From the NCBI GenBank assembly GCA_011109175.1, contig RDEW01000018.1:679304-743303 (forward strand): 64,000 nt of DNA, in the 5' to 3' direction. The position numbers were made by a program, and so were the translations under genes. Each line of letters starts with the position of its first letter. The first letter of the stretch is position 1. Positions 62,305 to 64,000 of this stretch are shown in pieces. The notes under the pieces were generated by a model, which was not told the DNA's origin, made no database searches, and saw only the letters and a program-made list of their open reading frames with translations. The stretch is from Dicyema japonicum (taxonomy: Eukaryota > Animalia > Dicyemida).

Positions 62305-64000
62305 CATATAAATCCCCTCTAGAGCGATTCCTCTCGGAACCGACAGAATTGTCCGGTATAGAGGGAAGGCCGGTATATTGAACAAGTCATTAAATTTACT
62401 TATAACGAAAAAGTGAAACAGCAAAATTAATAGAAATCTGTCAATAAGGATTGTATTTAGCTTCGATTCAGCAATCGCTTTATTGTTCAGATAGATCAGT
62501 CTGTTGACGGGAACGAGTAATGCAGGGTCTTGAGTGCAAGCAAAGTGGCAGATTTGGTATAGCATTTGTTGAACATTTGTGCGTGTTAATTTCTCTATAT
62601 GTTTTGGCTCTGTTTGCTTATCAGAATCTGAGTCACTGTCATTATCTTCAGAAGCTGAGACTGCTTGGTATTGCTCATCTAGGGATGATTCCCAATCTTT
62701 GGGATTTTCAGTGGGTAGTTCCAACTCTAAGTTGACAAATTCTTTTTCTGTCATTGGATTACTAGTCTATTCATGAGGGGTATAGTAAATTGTTTTCAGG
62801 ATTGTCGTTTATATCACATATTTTGACCGGAATGCCACACTTATTAAAGCAGAGGGAGATTATGTTCGATTTCACGTCCATCCAAGATGTGCTAATCCAC
62901 CGGATAGCATCCAAGAAAGAAATTTTTATTCCAAGTGGTGTCGCATTGGTTTCTGTGTCCTTTTTGGCAAGAAGTTGAGTCATTAGTAGTCTTATGTATC
63001 TTTCTTTAAATGACCGAATAATTCCTTGATCCAGAGGCTGTATGACACTCGTTGTGTTAGCTAGAAGAAATTTGAGTTTTACGTTGGAATATTTTACGTT
63101 TGGTGAATGTGATGCTGCATTATCCAAAAACATAATAATTTTTCGTTTCTGGCGATCATCTGCATGTTCACATCTTGCAACCATTTTGAAAACAATTTCG
63201 ATGTCATCCAGACTGTAACATTGGAACAGTAAATAACAGGTACCTCATTCAGATTAATATTCTTTAAATATCGGGGTTTTCGAGACTTGCCAATTACAAT
63301 TGGCTTTAGCTTTTCTCCTGTCGAACTGCATGCAAGCATTACAGTAAGACGTTCCTTCGACTTCTTTGATCCACTGTGATGATTACCTCTTACTGATAGT
63401 GTTTTATCAGGAAGGACACGATAGAATAGTCCGGTTTCGTCGCAGTTAAATATATCCTCTGGTCGATATCCTTCAATTAGAAAAGGTACACGTTCCATCC
63501 AGTCAGAAACAGCATCACTGTCAACATTTGCTTTTTCACCACTGATGCAGTACGACTGGATTGAGTAACGGGACTTCCACCTGCATAACTAGCCAGTGGA
63601 AGCTCTAAAATCATTTTCGCCCAGAGCTTTAGCGAACTCTGTAGCTTTTCCGATAATAATTGGTCCTGACAAACAAAAGTTTTTGGAACGTGCTATCTGG
63701 AGCCACTCTCAAGTGATTTTATTCAAATTTTCAAATTTGCAGTTGTTGTCAAAACGTTTTTTAGCAGAATTTTCGTTGTTATTGAATAATTCCAAATAAA
63801 TATCAGCCTTTTTAAGTATTTCTGATACAGTGCTGAATCCAACTCTATACTTCTTGCTGAGAAATTTTTGTGTCGGCTTAGGTGTTTAGTTCGATTCATT
63901 TATTTTTGAATTTTCTTCTTTAAAGACAATTCGCAACGTAATCGTTTTCTTTGCGGAGCTATCATTTTTTAGTTTTTGATTTTCTGTCGAGTTGTTCTCA
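62305..64000 (-). mobile_element. pogo/Tigger (TIGD/JERKY-like) DNA transposon, frameshifted; runs off the window end
   Basis: DIFNCDETGLFYRVLPDKTL, KSKERLTVMLACSSTGEKLKPIVIGKS, WMTSKLF, FLDNAASH, TSVIQPLDQGIIRSFK; acidic C-tail; Tigger-like terminal sequence near 62305-62365. Confidence 0.88.

Overview
AT-rich eukaryotic (not prokaryotic) nuclear DNA dominated by decayed and rearranged transposable elements. The few host genes are hidden from the ORF track because they are split by ultra-short GT-AG introns, mostly 20-26 nt. Reconstructed host genes: a complete BRAP/ETP1-type RING + ZnF-UBP ubiquitin ligase (50486-52520, minus, about 13 introns), a small 4-TM MARVEL-like protein (39690-40140, minus), four paralogues of a LAMP-like type-I membrane protein (one reconstructable as intact, three disrupted), and a disrupted EndoG/NUC-type nuclease (about 58660-59420). 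The metazoan-type BRAP plus tiny introns suggest a reduced parasitic animal such as a myxozoan or dicyemid (inference only). Mobile elements: APE-RT LINEs with a degenerate 2A/StopGo motif, a structured 5' leader and a covarying 3' stem-loop; an R4/Dong-like RLE element; a CRE-like RLE element with twin-priming geometry; RTE, CR1-like and RNase-H LINE relics; pogo/Tigger, hAT and Tc1 DNA transposons; an integrase relic. The 10.6-33.4 kb region consists of nested tandem/segmental duplications of about 4 kb units. TE boundaries without a TSD or TIR are approximate. All translations, alignments and splicing were done by eye.
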